From NCBI GenBank assembly GCA_046335555.1, contig JBKDHA010000210.1, forward strand, positions 11,737 to 75,736: 64,000 nt of DNA. Direction: 5' to 3'. The notes beneath the pieces are model-generated. The model was given only the letters and a program-made list of their open reading frames with translations. It was not told where the DNA came from and made no database searches. This document shows positions 55,256 through 64,000 of the stretch, piece after piece. This stretch comes from Bacteroidota bacterium. GTDB taxonomy: Bacteria > Bacteroidota > Bacteroidia > Palsa-965. The number at the start of each line of letters is the position of its first letter. Position 1 is the stretch's first letter. The translations under genes and the position numbers were made by a program.

Positions 55256-55396
55256 CGATCAGCAAAGGCAAATGAATAAATGACAGATAAAACATTGAGC
55301 CATACACTGGGTTAATTTCCAATGACTTTTACAAATAATAAACATAATTTCTGCCAATATATTTGAAATGATTTAGGTTATCTATATTTATAACCT

Positions 55397-56467
55397 ATGA
55401 AATCTGTCAAAAAATCGCCCAAGCTCATACCCGGGACTTCTCTGCTCTATAAATCCATTCGTCAAATGGTGCTTGAGAGTCGAAATTCCGTTGCATTAGT
55501 AGTTAATCAGCAACTCACACTTTTATACTGGGGCATCGGGAGTGCAATACGATCTGAAGTATTAAAAAATAAACGCGCAAATTATGGAGATCAAATTATT
55601 GAAAATATATCATTGAAATTAACTCGTGAATTTGGCAGAGGTTGGAGTAAACAACAACTTTGGAATTGTCTCTACACTGTAGAGACTTTTCCATCAAAGA
55701 AGATTCTCTCTACACTGTCGAGAGAATTAAGTTGGTCTCATATTAAAGAGCTGGTCTATATCAAAGATCAAATTCAAAGAGAGTTTTATCTTCAAATGTG
55801 CCGTCGTGAAAACTGGAGTGTACGCCAACTGAGAGAACGTGTAGATAGCATGTTATTTGAAAGAACAGCACTTTCAAAGAAACCAACAAAATTAATTAAA
55901 CAAGAACTAAAGTTATTAAATACCAATAAGGCAAAATCTCCTGATACATTTTTCAGAGATCCTTATTTTCTTGATTTCCTTGGCTTAAAAGATACTTTCA
56001 GTGAGAAAGATCTAGAAACTTCAATAATTGTGCAGTTGCAGCAATTTATAACTGAAGTGGGAACAGATTTTGCATTTCTTGCCCGGCAGAAAAAAGTGCA
56101 GATCGACGGGGAGGAATATTATATCGACCTTTTATTTTATCACCGTCATTTACAACGGTTAGTAGCAATAGATCTTAAACTCGGGAGATTTAAAGCAGCG
56201 TACAAAGCACAAATGGAGCTTTACCTGAACTGGCTGAATAAATATGAACGTAAAGAAAATGAAGCTGAGCCTATCGGATTAATTTTATGTGCTGATAAAT
56301 CACAAGAGCATATTGAATTGCTGGAGTTGAATAAAGGCAATATTCGGGTGGCTCAATACTACACTGCATTTCCAAATAAGCGATTACTTAAACAAAAGCT
56401 GCAGCAAGCTATTGAAACAGCCAAGAACAGAACCGTTAAGAAAAGAAGTGTAAAAACAACAAAATAA
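55397..56467 (+). CDS. YhcG/DUF1016 PD-(D/E)XK nuclease-domain protein
   Basis: LYWGIG; LSWSH; WSVRQL; RDPYFLDFL; IDLLFYH...IDLKLG; PIGLILC; AT-rich. Confidence 0.9.
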   Translation: MKSVKKSPKLIPGTSLLYKSIRQMVLESRNSVALVVNQQLTLLYWGIGSAIRSEVLKNKRANYGDQIIENISLKLTREFGRGWSKQQLWNCLYTVETFPSKKILSTLSRELSWSHIKELVYIKDQIQREFYLQMCRRENWSVRQLRERVDSMLFERTALSKKPTKLIKQELKLLNTNKAKSPDTFFRDPYFLDFLGLKDTFSEKDLETSIIVQLQQFITEVGTDFAFLARQKKVQIDGEEYYIDLLFYHRHLQRLVAIDLKLGRFKAAYKAQMELYLNWLNKYERKENEAEPIGLILCADKSQEHIELLELNKGNIRVAQYYTAFPNKRLLKQKLQQAIETAKNRTVKKRSVKTTK

Positions 56468-56474
56468 TCTAAAA

Positions 56475-57239
56475 CTACTTCTTCTCCTTCGCTACATGCT
56501 CCCAGGTACGAAATTGCTCTTCTGCTTTAAAATGGCAAGTACTGATACCGGTTTTGTATTCAACTATTGCTGACGAATAATTGTACCGATAGATATTATA
56601 CATAATACCAACTGTTGGCATTTTTTCTTTGATGTAAAAGTGCGGAATACCGTCAGTAACATTAATTGCATATATTCCGTGGCGAATAATTTTTGAAGTT
56701 ACCAGACGAGTCCCGTCGGCCGAAAACCACCAGCTGCATTCATCGTCGTATTCAACACGTTTTGCATCTTTCATTTCTGTGAATGCAATTACTTTAATGG
56801 TAAGATCAGTATTGGTTTGTACGTAGAATCTTTTCTGTTCAGGTCGTTCATACTTCAGGCTTAATTTTTTGGCATTCCAGAGTACACGGGCAAGTGCATC
56901 GCATTGTGTTGTATCGCCGGTTTTGGCCTGCTTTTCGGCTTTCCCTTTTTCATTTACGGTATAACGCACCTGACGAAAAAGGCCGTTTGAATCGAGTTTG
57001 CCGGCAAAAACCTGCCAGCTTTGGCCTTTGGGATTTTGTATGCAGATCAGTGTTTTGTTGCGCAGGGAGGAGTCGAGACCATTTACAACCATTGCAGCAG
57101 TATCGCAATCAAGCATCCACTGCACCTGCTGTTCGGTTTGTTTAAAAGCTTTGATATCAAAACCCGGCGGCAAGCCAAATTGTGCATGAACTGCATTTAC
57201 AGCAAGAAAGAGGAATAGGATGAGTATGTGTTTTTTCAT
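56475..57239 (-). CDS. Exported hypothetical protein
   Basis: MKKHILIL signal peptide; TAACTTTG upstream (57279-57286). Confidence 0.7.
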   Translation of the reverse strand: MKKHILILFLFLAVNAVHAQFGLPPGFDIKAFKQTEQQVQWMLDCDTAAMVVNGLDSSLRNKTLICIQNPKGQSWQVFAGKLDSNGLFRQVRYTVNEKGKAEKQAKTGDTTQCDALARVLWNAKKLSLKYERPEQKRFYVQTNTDLTIKVIAFTEMKDAKRVEYDDECSWWFSADGTRLVTSKIIRHGIYAINVTDGIPHFYIKEKMPTVGIMYNIYRYNYSSAIVEYKTGISTCHFKAEEQFRTWEHVAKEKK

Positions 57240-57323
57240 CGGCAATCAGACAAGGCAAGGATTGTGCCAGCACCCGCACAAAGTTAAAAATACCTGAAAA
57301 CCACACAAATCCATCAAAAACAT

Positions 57324-59114
57324 CTATTCCTTAATCAAACGTGAGGGTTTTAGGCGCCACCCGTTTTCACCCTCCACTGATACAAAATAGGTTCCCGGCG
57401 AAAAATCGGCTACATCAAGTACCACTACATTTTCGCCCTTCTCAAACAGACGATGCTGGATATACACTATTCTTCCTGCATTATCTGAAATAGTAACTAC
57501 TCCATCATTTTCAAACGAACTGTATAACTGAAGCACCACACTCTGTCGGGCTGGATTAGGAAAAACCGCCGGCGACTGCCCATAACTATTGCAGTTATTT
57601 CGGTTAAGTCCGCGTATGGGGAATACTTCGGTTTGTCCGTTATAATCGGTTTGGCGAAGTCTGTAATATACTACAGATAGCAGTTCTTCGGAATCAGAAA
57701 ACGCATAACGAACGGGCTGTGACGTAGTACCCGAACCTTCTATACGAGCTACAGGATAAAAATTGAAGCCGTCGTTTGATCGCTCTACGGTAAAGAAATG
57801 ATTGTTGGTTTCTGAAGCGGTTTCCCATTGCAGATCTGCTCTGCCATTATCCCCACAACTCACCGAAAAGTAATTTAATTCAACAGGCAATACCTGATTT
57901 ACTAAGCAACAATTACCACCTGCACTCATCAGATAAGTTCCCGACCAGCAACCATATTGCGTATAATGGTAACGCATAGTACCGCCAAACTGTGTAAGAA
58001 AATAATGTGCAACCTGTCCGGCAGTATTGCACCCGCCCTGATATCCTGTTCCGCAACTGTAGCCGCACACCATGTTGGAACTGCCATTTGGATCAGACAT
58101 TGTAGCTGCCGGATAAAAGCTTACAGAAGTGGTGGCCGAAGGCACTCCGTTTATGGAAGTATTTATGATTCCACTGCAGTGAGCGTTGCCCGCATTTGAA
58201 CCAACATAGCGTACTTCGGTTACATTTGCCACAAACGCACCGCTGATATTTATAGTAACACCCTCGTAAGTACAAATGCCGATTTTAATATTGGGTACAT
58301 TCTGATCAATGTTGATGTTTAAAACTCCTCCGTCGTAGTTAGAGTAAATTAGAACATTACCGGCAGGATCGCAGGCGCTAACGGCCAGTGGTGGTGACCA
58401 GATAAACGTTCGTCCGGAAGGCGGCAGTGCTGTAGCCCGACTAAGTACTGTGTGCGTATTAAGCGTACCGGCAATGGTGCTTACTGCCCATGAAGATGCG
58501 GTGGTTTTACGGCGGTTTTTAAAATCAGTATTGGCCGCTCCCCTCAGTCCTATTTCAGATACAATTGTGTTTGTGGCATTGGTGGCGCCACAGGCTCCAT
58601 AGCGCACCTGAATAATATTGGATGTTTCAAGCAACCTGATCTGAAAATTCCAGTCGGTACCTGAATTATTATCGGCCACACGGCGGCAGTTGCTCCATTG
58701 TACAATAAACACGCGGTTTGGCGAAGTTCCGGTTGTGGTATATTGAACGGTAGAACTGTTGCTGATAAGATCAATTCCCATAGCCGAAACAGCACCGGCA
58801 TAACCTGTTGCCGAAGAAATAGGAGTTGTGCTTGTGGCAACCGAAACTGAAGAACCAAATGTGATATATCCGTTTCCATTTACACTGCACGAAGTGTAAC
58901 CTACACTATTAAATGTAAATGTAAACGGAATGGGAACAGTTACCGGAGCCGGATCGTTCCAGCCTGATGCATGTATTACCGTTCCTGTAATTGCAGTATA
59001 GGTAGCTGCATTTTCTGAAAACGAATAAAGGCTTACCTGTGCAATTAGCGGCAAACCGATACTCTGGATTATCAGTATTACAGAAATCAGAAAAATATTA
59101 TTTCTCGGAAACAT
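57324..59114 (-). CDS. T9SS type A cargo with an NIDO-like N-domain and a Cys-rich central domain
   Basis: PIPFTFTF...NGYITF; LPVELNYF...WETASETNN.FF..ERS; VFPNPA CTD. Confidence 0.85.
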   Translation of the reverse strand: MFPRNNIFLISVILIIQSIGLPLIAQVSLYSFSENAATYTAITGTVIHASGWNDPAPVTVPIPFTFTFNSVGYTSCSVNGNGYITFGSSVSVATSTTPISSATGYAGAVSAMGIDLISNSSTVQYTTTGTSPNRVFIVQWSNCRRVADNNSGTDWNFQIRLLETSNIIQVRYGACGATNATNTIVSEIGLRGAANTDFKNRRKTTASSWAVSTIAGTLNTHTVLSRATALPPSGRTFIWSPPLAVSACDPAGNVLIYSNYDGGVLNINIDQNVPNIKIGICTYEGVTINISGAFVANVTEVRYVGSNAGNAHCSGIINTSINGVPSATTSVSFYPAATMSDPNGSSNMVCGYSCGTGYQGGCNTAGQVAHYFLTQFGGTMRYHYTQYGCWSGTYLMSAGGNCCLVNQVLPVELNYFSVSCGDNGRADLQWETASETNNHFFTVERSNDGFNFYPVARIEGSGTTSQPVRYAFSDSEELLSVVYYRLRQTDYNGQTEVFPIRGLNRNNCNSYGQSPAVFPNPARQSVVLQLYSSFENDGVVTISDNAGRIVYIQHRLFEKGENVVVLDVADFSPGTYFVSVEGENGWRLKPSRLIKE

Positions 59115-59313
59115 ATCTAAATATAATCCGAAATAAATAGTCGATTCAAAAAAATATGTCCGTATTCTTTTGTTTGCAATCTGATTGTAAAATCCTAATT
59201 ATCGTCTGTAAATACCGTATTTATTGCATTTTTTTAATCAAAAAACAGGTTATTATTCGCTTAGCAAAGCAAAAATTTTATTCATTGAATAGGGTTTTCT
59301 TGTTTCGCAATAA

Positions 59314-59946
59314 TTATCCCGGAATTTTATTGGACTTGACCATACACTTAGGCACGTTCCATTTCCCTTTATATTCTGTTGCCGATATAATTTTTTCGTC
59401 GCAAGTAAGAAAGTTACCAGCAGTATCTTTTTTGAGTATGCGAAGCTGACCTGTGTTTATTGCCGCAACTATTCTGCTGATTAATGATTGCTTTTTTGCA
59501 GAAGTATCATTTTTCCAAGCGAGGCCAATAGCTATTCCGGTGCTGTTGTTAAACAAATCCATTACTGAAGCCATTGAATCTGGCACTACACCGTCTTCGT
59601 TTTTACTGCGGCGGAATTGTTTGTAGTTTGATTTCTCGTGAGCCTGTCCGAGTTGCTCTGCGCGCACCGGCGAAGTTTTTTGCACCATGAGTGCCATCCA
59701 ATAAGCATGTCTGAATGCGTCAAGTTGTCCGCCATTTCCGTCGCGCAGAATACCTGCTTTTTCGAGCGAGTCTGTTACAAACCGGGCACGCAGAGCGCAT
59801 TTCCAGCCAATATTTCCGGCTTTCGGATGCAGCAGTGTCCAGCGCAGTTCAGGCCCTTTTGCTCCGCTGAAGCTGCGCACTGGTTGTGCAAACAGATAGG
59901 CTGCTGAAAAAAAGCAGCACAGCAGCAGCAAACATTTCTTTATCAT
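59314..59946 (-). CDS. Exported protein with DAFRH.YW...AHE...MDLFNN motif (DUF6973-like)
   Basis: Signal peptide MIKKCLLL; motif visible. Confidence 0.75.
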   Translation of the reverse strand: MIKKCLLLLCCFFSAAYLFAQPVRSFSGAKGPELRWTLLHPKAGNIGWKCALRARFVTDSLEKAGILRDGNGGQLDAFRHAYWMALMVQKTSPVRAEQLGQAHEKSNYKQFRRSKNEDGVVPDSMASVMDLFNNSTGIAIGLAWKNDTSAKKQSLISRIVAAINTGQLRILKKDTAGNFLTCDEKIISATEYKGKWNVPKCMVKSNKIPG

Positions 59947-59969
59947 AGCTGTTGTGAAAATACGCGAAA

Positions 59970-60569
59970 ATGTTTGGAGACTGGCCTTTACATATTCTAA
60001 AAGATGCTGCTGTACACTATCAGGAGCAGTGGATTGCAGACGGAGATGCAACAGCACTTTTTGCAGAGTTGCGTGCTTCGCTGCACTGGCAGCAGCAGCC
60101 CATCCGTATGTTTGGCCGTATGGTTATGCAGCCGCGCCTCACGGCCTGGTATGGCGATCCGGGAGCGGCTTATACCTACAGCGGGCTAAAACATGAACCG
60201 CTGCCGTGGACTGATGAACTCAATGCACTGCGGCAAAAATTAGAAACGGAAACAGGCTTTCGTTTCAACAGTGTGCTTTGTAATTGCTACCGCAGCGGCA
60301 CCGACAGCATGGGCTGGCACAGCGATAACGAACCCGAGCTCGGTTCTGATCCGGTAATTGCTTCGGTAAGTCTCGGACAGCCCCGGCGATTTTTACTCCG
60401 GCATAAAAACAACCATTTACAAAAACACACTTTACTTCTCGGACACGGAAGTTTGCTGCTGATGCACGGCGAAACTCAACAGAACTGGCAACATAGTTTG
60501 CCCCGAACTGCTGCACATTGCAATGAACGAATCAACCTCACTTTCCGCCACATACAAACAATATCTTGA
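59970..60569 (+). CDS. AlkB-family 2OG-Fe(II) dioxygenase
   Basis: QPRLTAWYG; NCYR; MGWHSDNE; WQHSLP; RINLTFR; start uncertain. Confidence 0.92.
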   Translation: MFGDWPLHILKDAAVHYQEQWIADGDATALFAELRASLHWQQQPIRMFGRMVMQPRLTAWYGDPGAAYTYSGLKHEPLPWTDELNALRQKLETETGFRFNSVLCNCYRSGTDSMGWHSDNEPELGSDPVIASVSLGQPRRFLLRHKNNHLQKHTLLLGHGSLLLMHGETQQNWQHSLPRTAAHCNERINLTFRHIQTIS

Positions 60570-60653
60570 CTTTCGCTTCCGTTTGTTGTAAATTATTAAT
60601 CGGTTTTAGTTAATCGGCTTTTTAAAACACATCAGTACATCACATTCAAACAT

Positions 60654-60669
60654 TGGCACAGATTGTGCA
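60654..60669 (+). promoter_or_regulatory. Candidate sigma-54 -24/-12 promoter
   Basis: TGGCACAGATTGTGCA (GG-N10-GC), about 35 nt before the ORF at 60704. Confidence 0.45.
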
Positions 60670-60703
60670 TTTACAGTATTAACATTGATAAATACTTCAT
60701 CAA

Positions 60704-60937
60704 ATGGACACGCAACAGATTCCCGCTATAGCGGAACGTATCAGCAACAGCATCCGTTCCAGTTGTTCACTTTTACAGCTTGAAACCACAGAGCGTTTAC
60801 TCAATCTTTTCTGCGCACAACAAACAACACATCCGGAACTCAACGAAAAGCTCCGCGCCGAATTTAGCCGCAAAGCGGAATCTGTACATTATTTTGAATG
60901 GAAACGATTCAAAGAATTTGAGGCCGATGCGGCATAA
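60704..60937 (+). CDS. Small helical hypothetical protein
   Basis: A-rich ATG context; fills the gap; terminator follows. Confidence 0.6.
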   Translation: MDTQQIPAIAERISNSIRSSCSLLQLETTERLLNLFCAQQTTHPELNEKLRAEFSRKAESVHYFEWKRFKEFEADAA

Positions 60938-60958
60938 TTCGGCTCTTTTATAAAAGTC

Positions 60959-61001
60959 AAACGGGTGCTTTGTTTGCACATAGCAAACAAAGCACCCGTT
61001 T
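60959..61001. terminator. Bidirectional intrinsic terminator
   Basis: aaacgggtgctttgtttgc-acata-gcaaacaaagcacccgttt. Confidence 0.9.
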
Positions 61002-61017
61002 TAGTTATACAGGCAAA

Positions 61018-63228
61018 TTAGTTACCGAATTCGCTGATAAATTTGATGCGCACAAGACGAATTTCTTCTTCCGAAAAATCGTCTTCACCAAGTTCTTTAA
61101 TAGCATCCGAAATAGAATCATTATCTGATTCGCGGAAGTAGTCAACTATTTCACCTTGCTTTTCGCTGTCAACAACCTGATCAATGTAGTAGTTAATGTT
61201 TACGCGAGTGCCGGAGTGAACAATGCTTTCGATTTCAGAAATTACGTCATCAATTTTAAGTCCTTTGGCACCTGCAACATCAACAAGATCAAGCTTGCGG
61301 TCGATGCTTTGAATGATATGAACTTTCAGGCCTGATTTGTTGACGATTGATTTCACCACCAAATCCTGCGGACGTTCTATTTCATTTTCTTCAACATATT
61401 TGGCAATAAGTTCGATGAAAGGTTTACCGAACTTGGCAGCTTTTCCGGAACCCACACCTGTAATGCGCATGATTTCATCCATGCTGGTGGGATACTGAAT
61501 AGCCATTTCCTCAAGTGAGGTTTCCTGAAACACCACATACGGCGGAAGGTTTTTCTGACGTGCAATTGTTTTGCAGAGATCTTTGAGCATGCTGTAAAGC
61601 TGTGTATCGGCTCCGCCTCCGCTTTGTTTGCCTCCTGCTGCAATTACATCATCGTCGTCGGTTTCGGTATCTTCATACGAATGATCTCTCGAAACCATTA
61701 TTTCGTATGGCTTTTCGATAAATGCTTTACCGGCTTTGGTAAGTTTCAGCAGTCCGTAATTTTCGATGTCTTTGCTGAGCAGATTTTCAACAACGGCAGT
61801 GCGGATTACTGCATTCCACCACATTTCATCTTTACCTTCTTCAACACCTTTTCCAAACTCTTCGAGTTCGTCGTGCTTGTATGATTTTACGGTTGCAGTT
61901 GTAATGCCGAGAAGTATCTGTTCAATGTGTTTGGCTTTGAACTTTTCTTTAACGGCTTTAACTGTTTCTACAACCAATGCAACATCATCAGTAGCATTTA
62001 CTTTTACTTTCGGATGGCGGCAGTTGTCGCACATTCCGCTGCAATTTTCTTCTTTGTAATCTTCACCGAAATAGTGCAGAAGAATTTTGCGGCGGCACAT
62101 GGATGTATCGGCATAGGCAACGGTTTCGAGCAGGAGCTGTTTGCCGATTTCCTGTTCTGCAACAGGTTTGCCTTTCATGAATTTCTCAAGCTTCTGAATA
62201 TCATCAAAGCTGTAAAAAACGAGGCAATTTCCTTCTCCGCCGTCGCGGCCGGCACGACCGGTTTCCTGATAATAACCTTCGAGACTCTTCGGAATATCGT
62301 GGTGAATTACAAAACGAACATCGGGCTTGTCGATACCCATTCCGAATGCGATTGTAGCTACAATCACATCAATATCTTCCATCAGGAATTTATCCTGTGT
62401 GGCTGCGCGGGTTTGGGCATCAAGTCCTGCATGATAAGGAAGTGCTTTAACGCCGTTTACTTTGAGTGTTTCGGCAAGCTCTTCTACTTTTTTGCGGCTC
62501 AGGCAATAGATAATTCCTGATTTCCCGGGCTGTTTTTTAACGTAGCGGATAATTTCTTTTACAACATCTTTTTTCGGGCGCACTTCATAATAAAGATTGC
62601 CCCGGTTGAAAGATGATTTAAAGATATTGGCCTCCGTCATGCCCAAAGTTTTCACAATGTCTTGCTGCACTTTGGGAGTAGCTGTTGCTGTAAGTGCAAT
62701 AATGGGTACCTGCCCTATTTCTTCAATCATAGGACGAAGGCGACGGTATTCGGGGCGGAAATCATGTCCCCATTCCGAGATACAATGTGCTTCATCAATA
62801 GCGAAGAAGGAGATCTGTATATCGCGCAGGAAACTGATATTTTCTTCTTTGGTAAGCGATTCGGGAGCTACATACAGCAGTTTGGTGATGCCGGAAGTAA
62901 TGTCTTTACGCACCTGAGCTATTTCGGCTTTGCTGAGCGAAGAGTTCATGAAGTGTGCAATGCCTTCTTCGGAGCCAAAATTGCGGATTGCATCAACCTG
63001 ATTCTTCATTAACGCAATAAGAGGCGACACTACAATAGCGGTGCCCTCGCTCATTAATGCCGGTAATTGGTAGCAAAGTGATTTACCACCACCGGTGGGC
63101 ATAATCACAAAGGTGTCTTTACCGTCGAGAATGCTGTTGATGATAGCTTCCTGGGGCCCTTTGAACTTCGTGAATCCGAAAAACTTTTGTAAGTATTCGG
63201 AAAGGGCTGGTGCTGCTGTTTCAATCAT
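61018..63228 (-). CDS. recQ: ATP-dependent DNA helicase RecQ
   Basis: MPTGGGKSLCYQ; DEAHCISEWGHDFRP; QETGRAGRDG; Zn-binding Cys; RQC and HRDC domains. Confidence 0.97.
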   Translation of the reverse strand: MIETAAPALSEYLQKFFGFTKFKGPQEAIINSILDGKDTFVIMPTGGGKSLCYQLPALMSEGTAIVVSPLIALMKNQVDAIRNFGSEEGIAHFMNSSLSKAEIAQVRKDITSGITKLLYVAPESLTKEENISFLRDIQISFFAIDEAHCISEWGHDFRPEYRRLRPMIEEIGQVPIIALTATATPKVQQDIVKTLGMTEANIFKSSFNRGNLYYEVRPKKDVVKEIIRYVKKQPGKSGIIYCLSRKKVEELAETLKVNGVKALPYHAGLDAQTRAATQDKFLMEDIDVIVATIAFGMGIDKPDVRFVIHHDIPKSLEGYYQETGRAGRDGGEGNCLVFYSFDDIQKLEKFMKGKPVAEQEIGKQLLLETVAYADTSMCRRKILLHYFGEDYKEENCSGMCDNCRHPKVKVNATDDVALVVETVKAVKEKFKAKHIEQILLGITTATVKSYKHDELEEFGKGVEEGKDEMWWNAVIRTAVVENLLSKDIENYGLLKLTKAGKAFIEKPYEIMVSRDHSYEDTETDDDDVIAAGGKQSGGGADTQLYSMLKDLCKTIARQKNLPPYVVFQETSLEEMAIQYPTSMDEIMRITGVGSGKAAKFGKPFIELIAKYVEENEIERPQDLVVKSIVNKSGLKVHIIQSIDRKLDLVDVAGAKGLKIDDVISEIESIVHSGTRVNINYYIDQVVDSEKQGEIVDYFRESDNDSISDAIKELGEDDFSEEEIRLVRIKFISEFGN

Positions 63229-63538
63229 ATTTCGGGAGAATATGTATGCTTTGATTGGGATAATTTGGTTTCCCCTGTTTTTGCTACGTAAAGATATAAT
63301 GAATTTTTTGTTGCCTCGCCAGTTTTTCGGGAGTTTTTTTCAGCAGATCTATGAACGCAAGCTATCAGCCGACGAACGGCAAAAACGAGCCATAGTATTG
63401 ACAAAGAGATGATTTGAACTTCATTTTTTTAGCGTCAATCTGATTAATATGTGCAAATGAACGGTTAAAATAGGCTTATTATTCAGAAGCAATGGTTGTA
63501 AAATCAATCAGCCGGTTGATTGGAATATTCCTGAAAAT

Positions 63539-63925
63539 CTAAAAAAAGAGCAGCAGCAGAGCTAAAATTCCGGTTACTCCCCCAAGTGCAACGGTAACCG
63601 TAAATGCTATTTTTCCGATGCCATGATAACCGGCAATGCGCCGGGAAGTAAGTCCGAGGACGATATAAACATTGAGCAGAAAACTAATAATTTGAACAAG
63701 CAAATACAGACTAAAACCGATATAACCGTACCCTTCTAACAAAATGTCTATTTCTCCTTGATTAAACCAATAGGTCAATTCAAGAATATTAGATACTACT
63801 TCGAAAATAAAGCCACCAAAAAAAAGAAATGTAAGCACGATCCACGACCACCAATGACGCTTACGGAAAGTGAAAATCCGAACGATCAAGTAACATATAA
63901 GTATTAAAGGGAGATACACAATCAA
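63539..63925 (-). CDS. Hypothetical ~4-TM membrane protein
   Basis: Hydrophobic ORF at the window end; start uncertain. Confidence 0.5.
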   Translation of the reverse strand: MIVYLPLILICYLIVRIFTFRKRHWWSWIVLTFLFFGGFIFEVVSNILELTYWFNQGEIDILLEGYGYIGFSLYLLVQIISFLLNVYIVLGLTSRRIAGYHGIGKIAFTVTVALGGVTGILALLLLFF

Positions 63926-64000
63926 ATCAGCGCCACTTGGTAAAGCAAATTCCTCTGTTAAAATGAATAGTATGATACAAAAAAACAGAAGCGATAAAAG

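Noticed and set aside
55397-56467. Defence island or prophage
   Set aside because: Only one nuclease-like gene; no phage, integrase or restriction-modification genes nearby
1-64000. tRNA, rRNA, transposase or reverse transcriptase genes
   Set aside because: None recognised by eye in the gaps or ORF track; a tRNAscan/Rfam run would be needed to exclude them formally

Overview
Chromosomal window from a Bacteroidota bacterium, indicated by T9SS C-terminal domains, TAnnTTTG -7 promoters and the hpt-adk-obg and surA-moxR gene orders. Housekeeping genes include obg, adk, hpt, dnaB, mqnE, rluD, menG/ubiE, ppa, pbpC, a DEAD-box helicase, murQ, a fused 2-oxoacid dehydrogenase E1 and recQ. Six T9SS cargo proteins are present, including three tandem M43 metalloproteases. 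There is also an ECF sigma module and a very large propeller-TM-PAS-GAF-PP2C sensor. I recognised no rRNA, tRNA, CRISPR-Cas, transposase or integrase. The least explained signals are: (1) a promoter-to-terminator unit after mqnE (an sRNA or a 42-aa ORF), followed by three ~122-125 bp structured repeats; (2) polarised heptamer arrays that bracket intergenic palindromes and hairpin arrays; (3) an AT-rich orphan gene flanked by two REP-like palindromes; (4) adenylate kinase fused to a histone-H1-like tail; (5) repeated TAnnTTTG-N4-ATG spacing suggesting leaderless mRNAs; (6) an M61-like protein lacking its catalytic motif; (7) a G9 tract in the sensor gene. All family assignments come from reading motifs by eye; no database searches were run.
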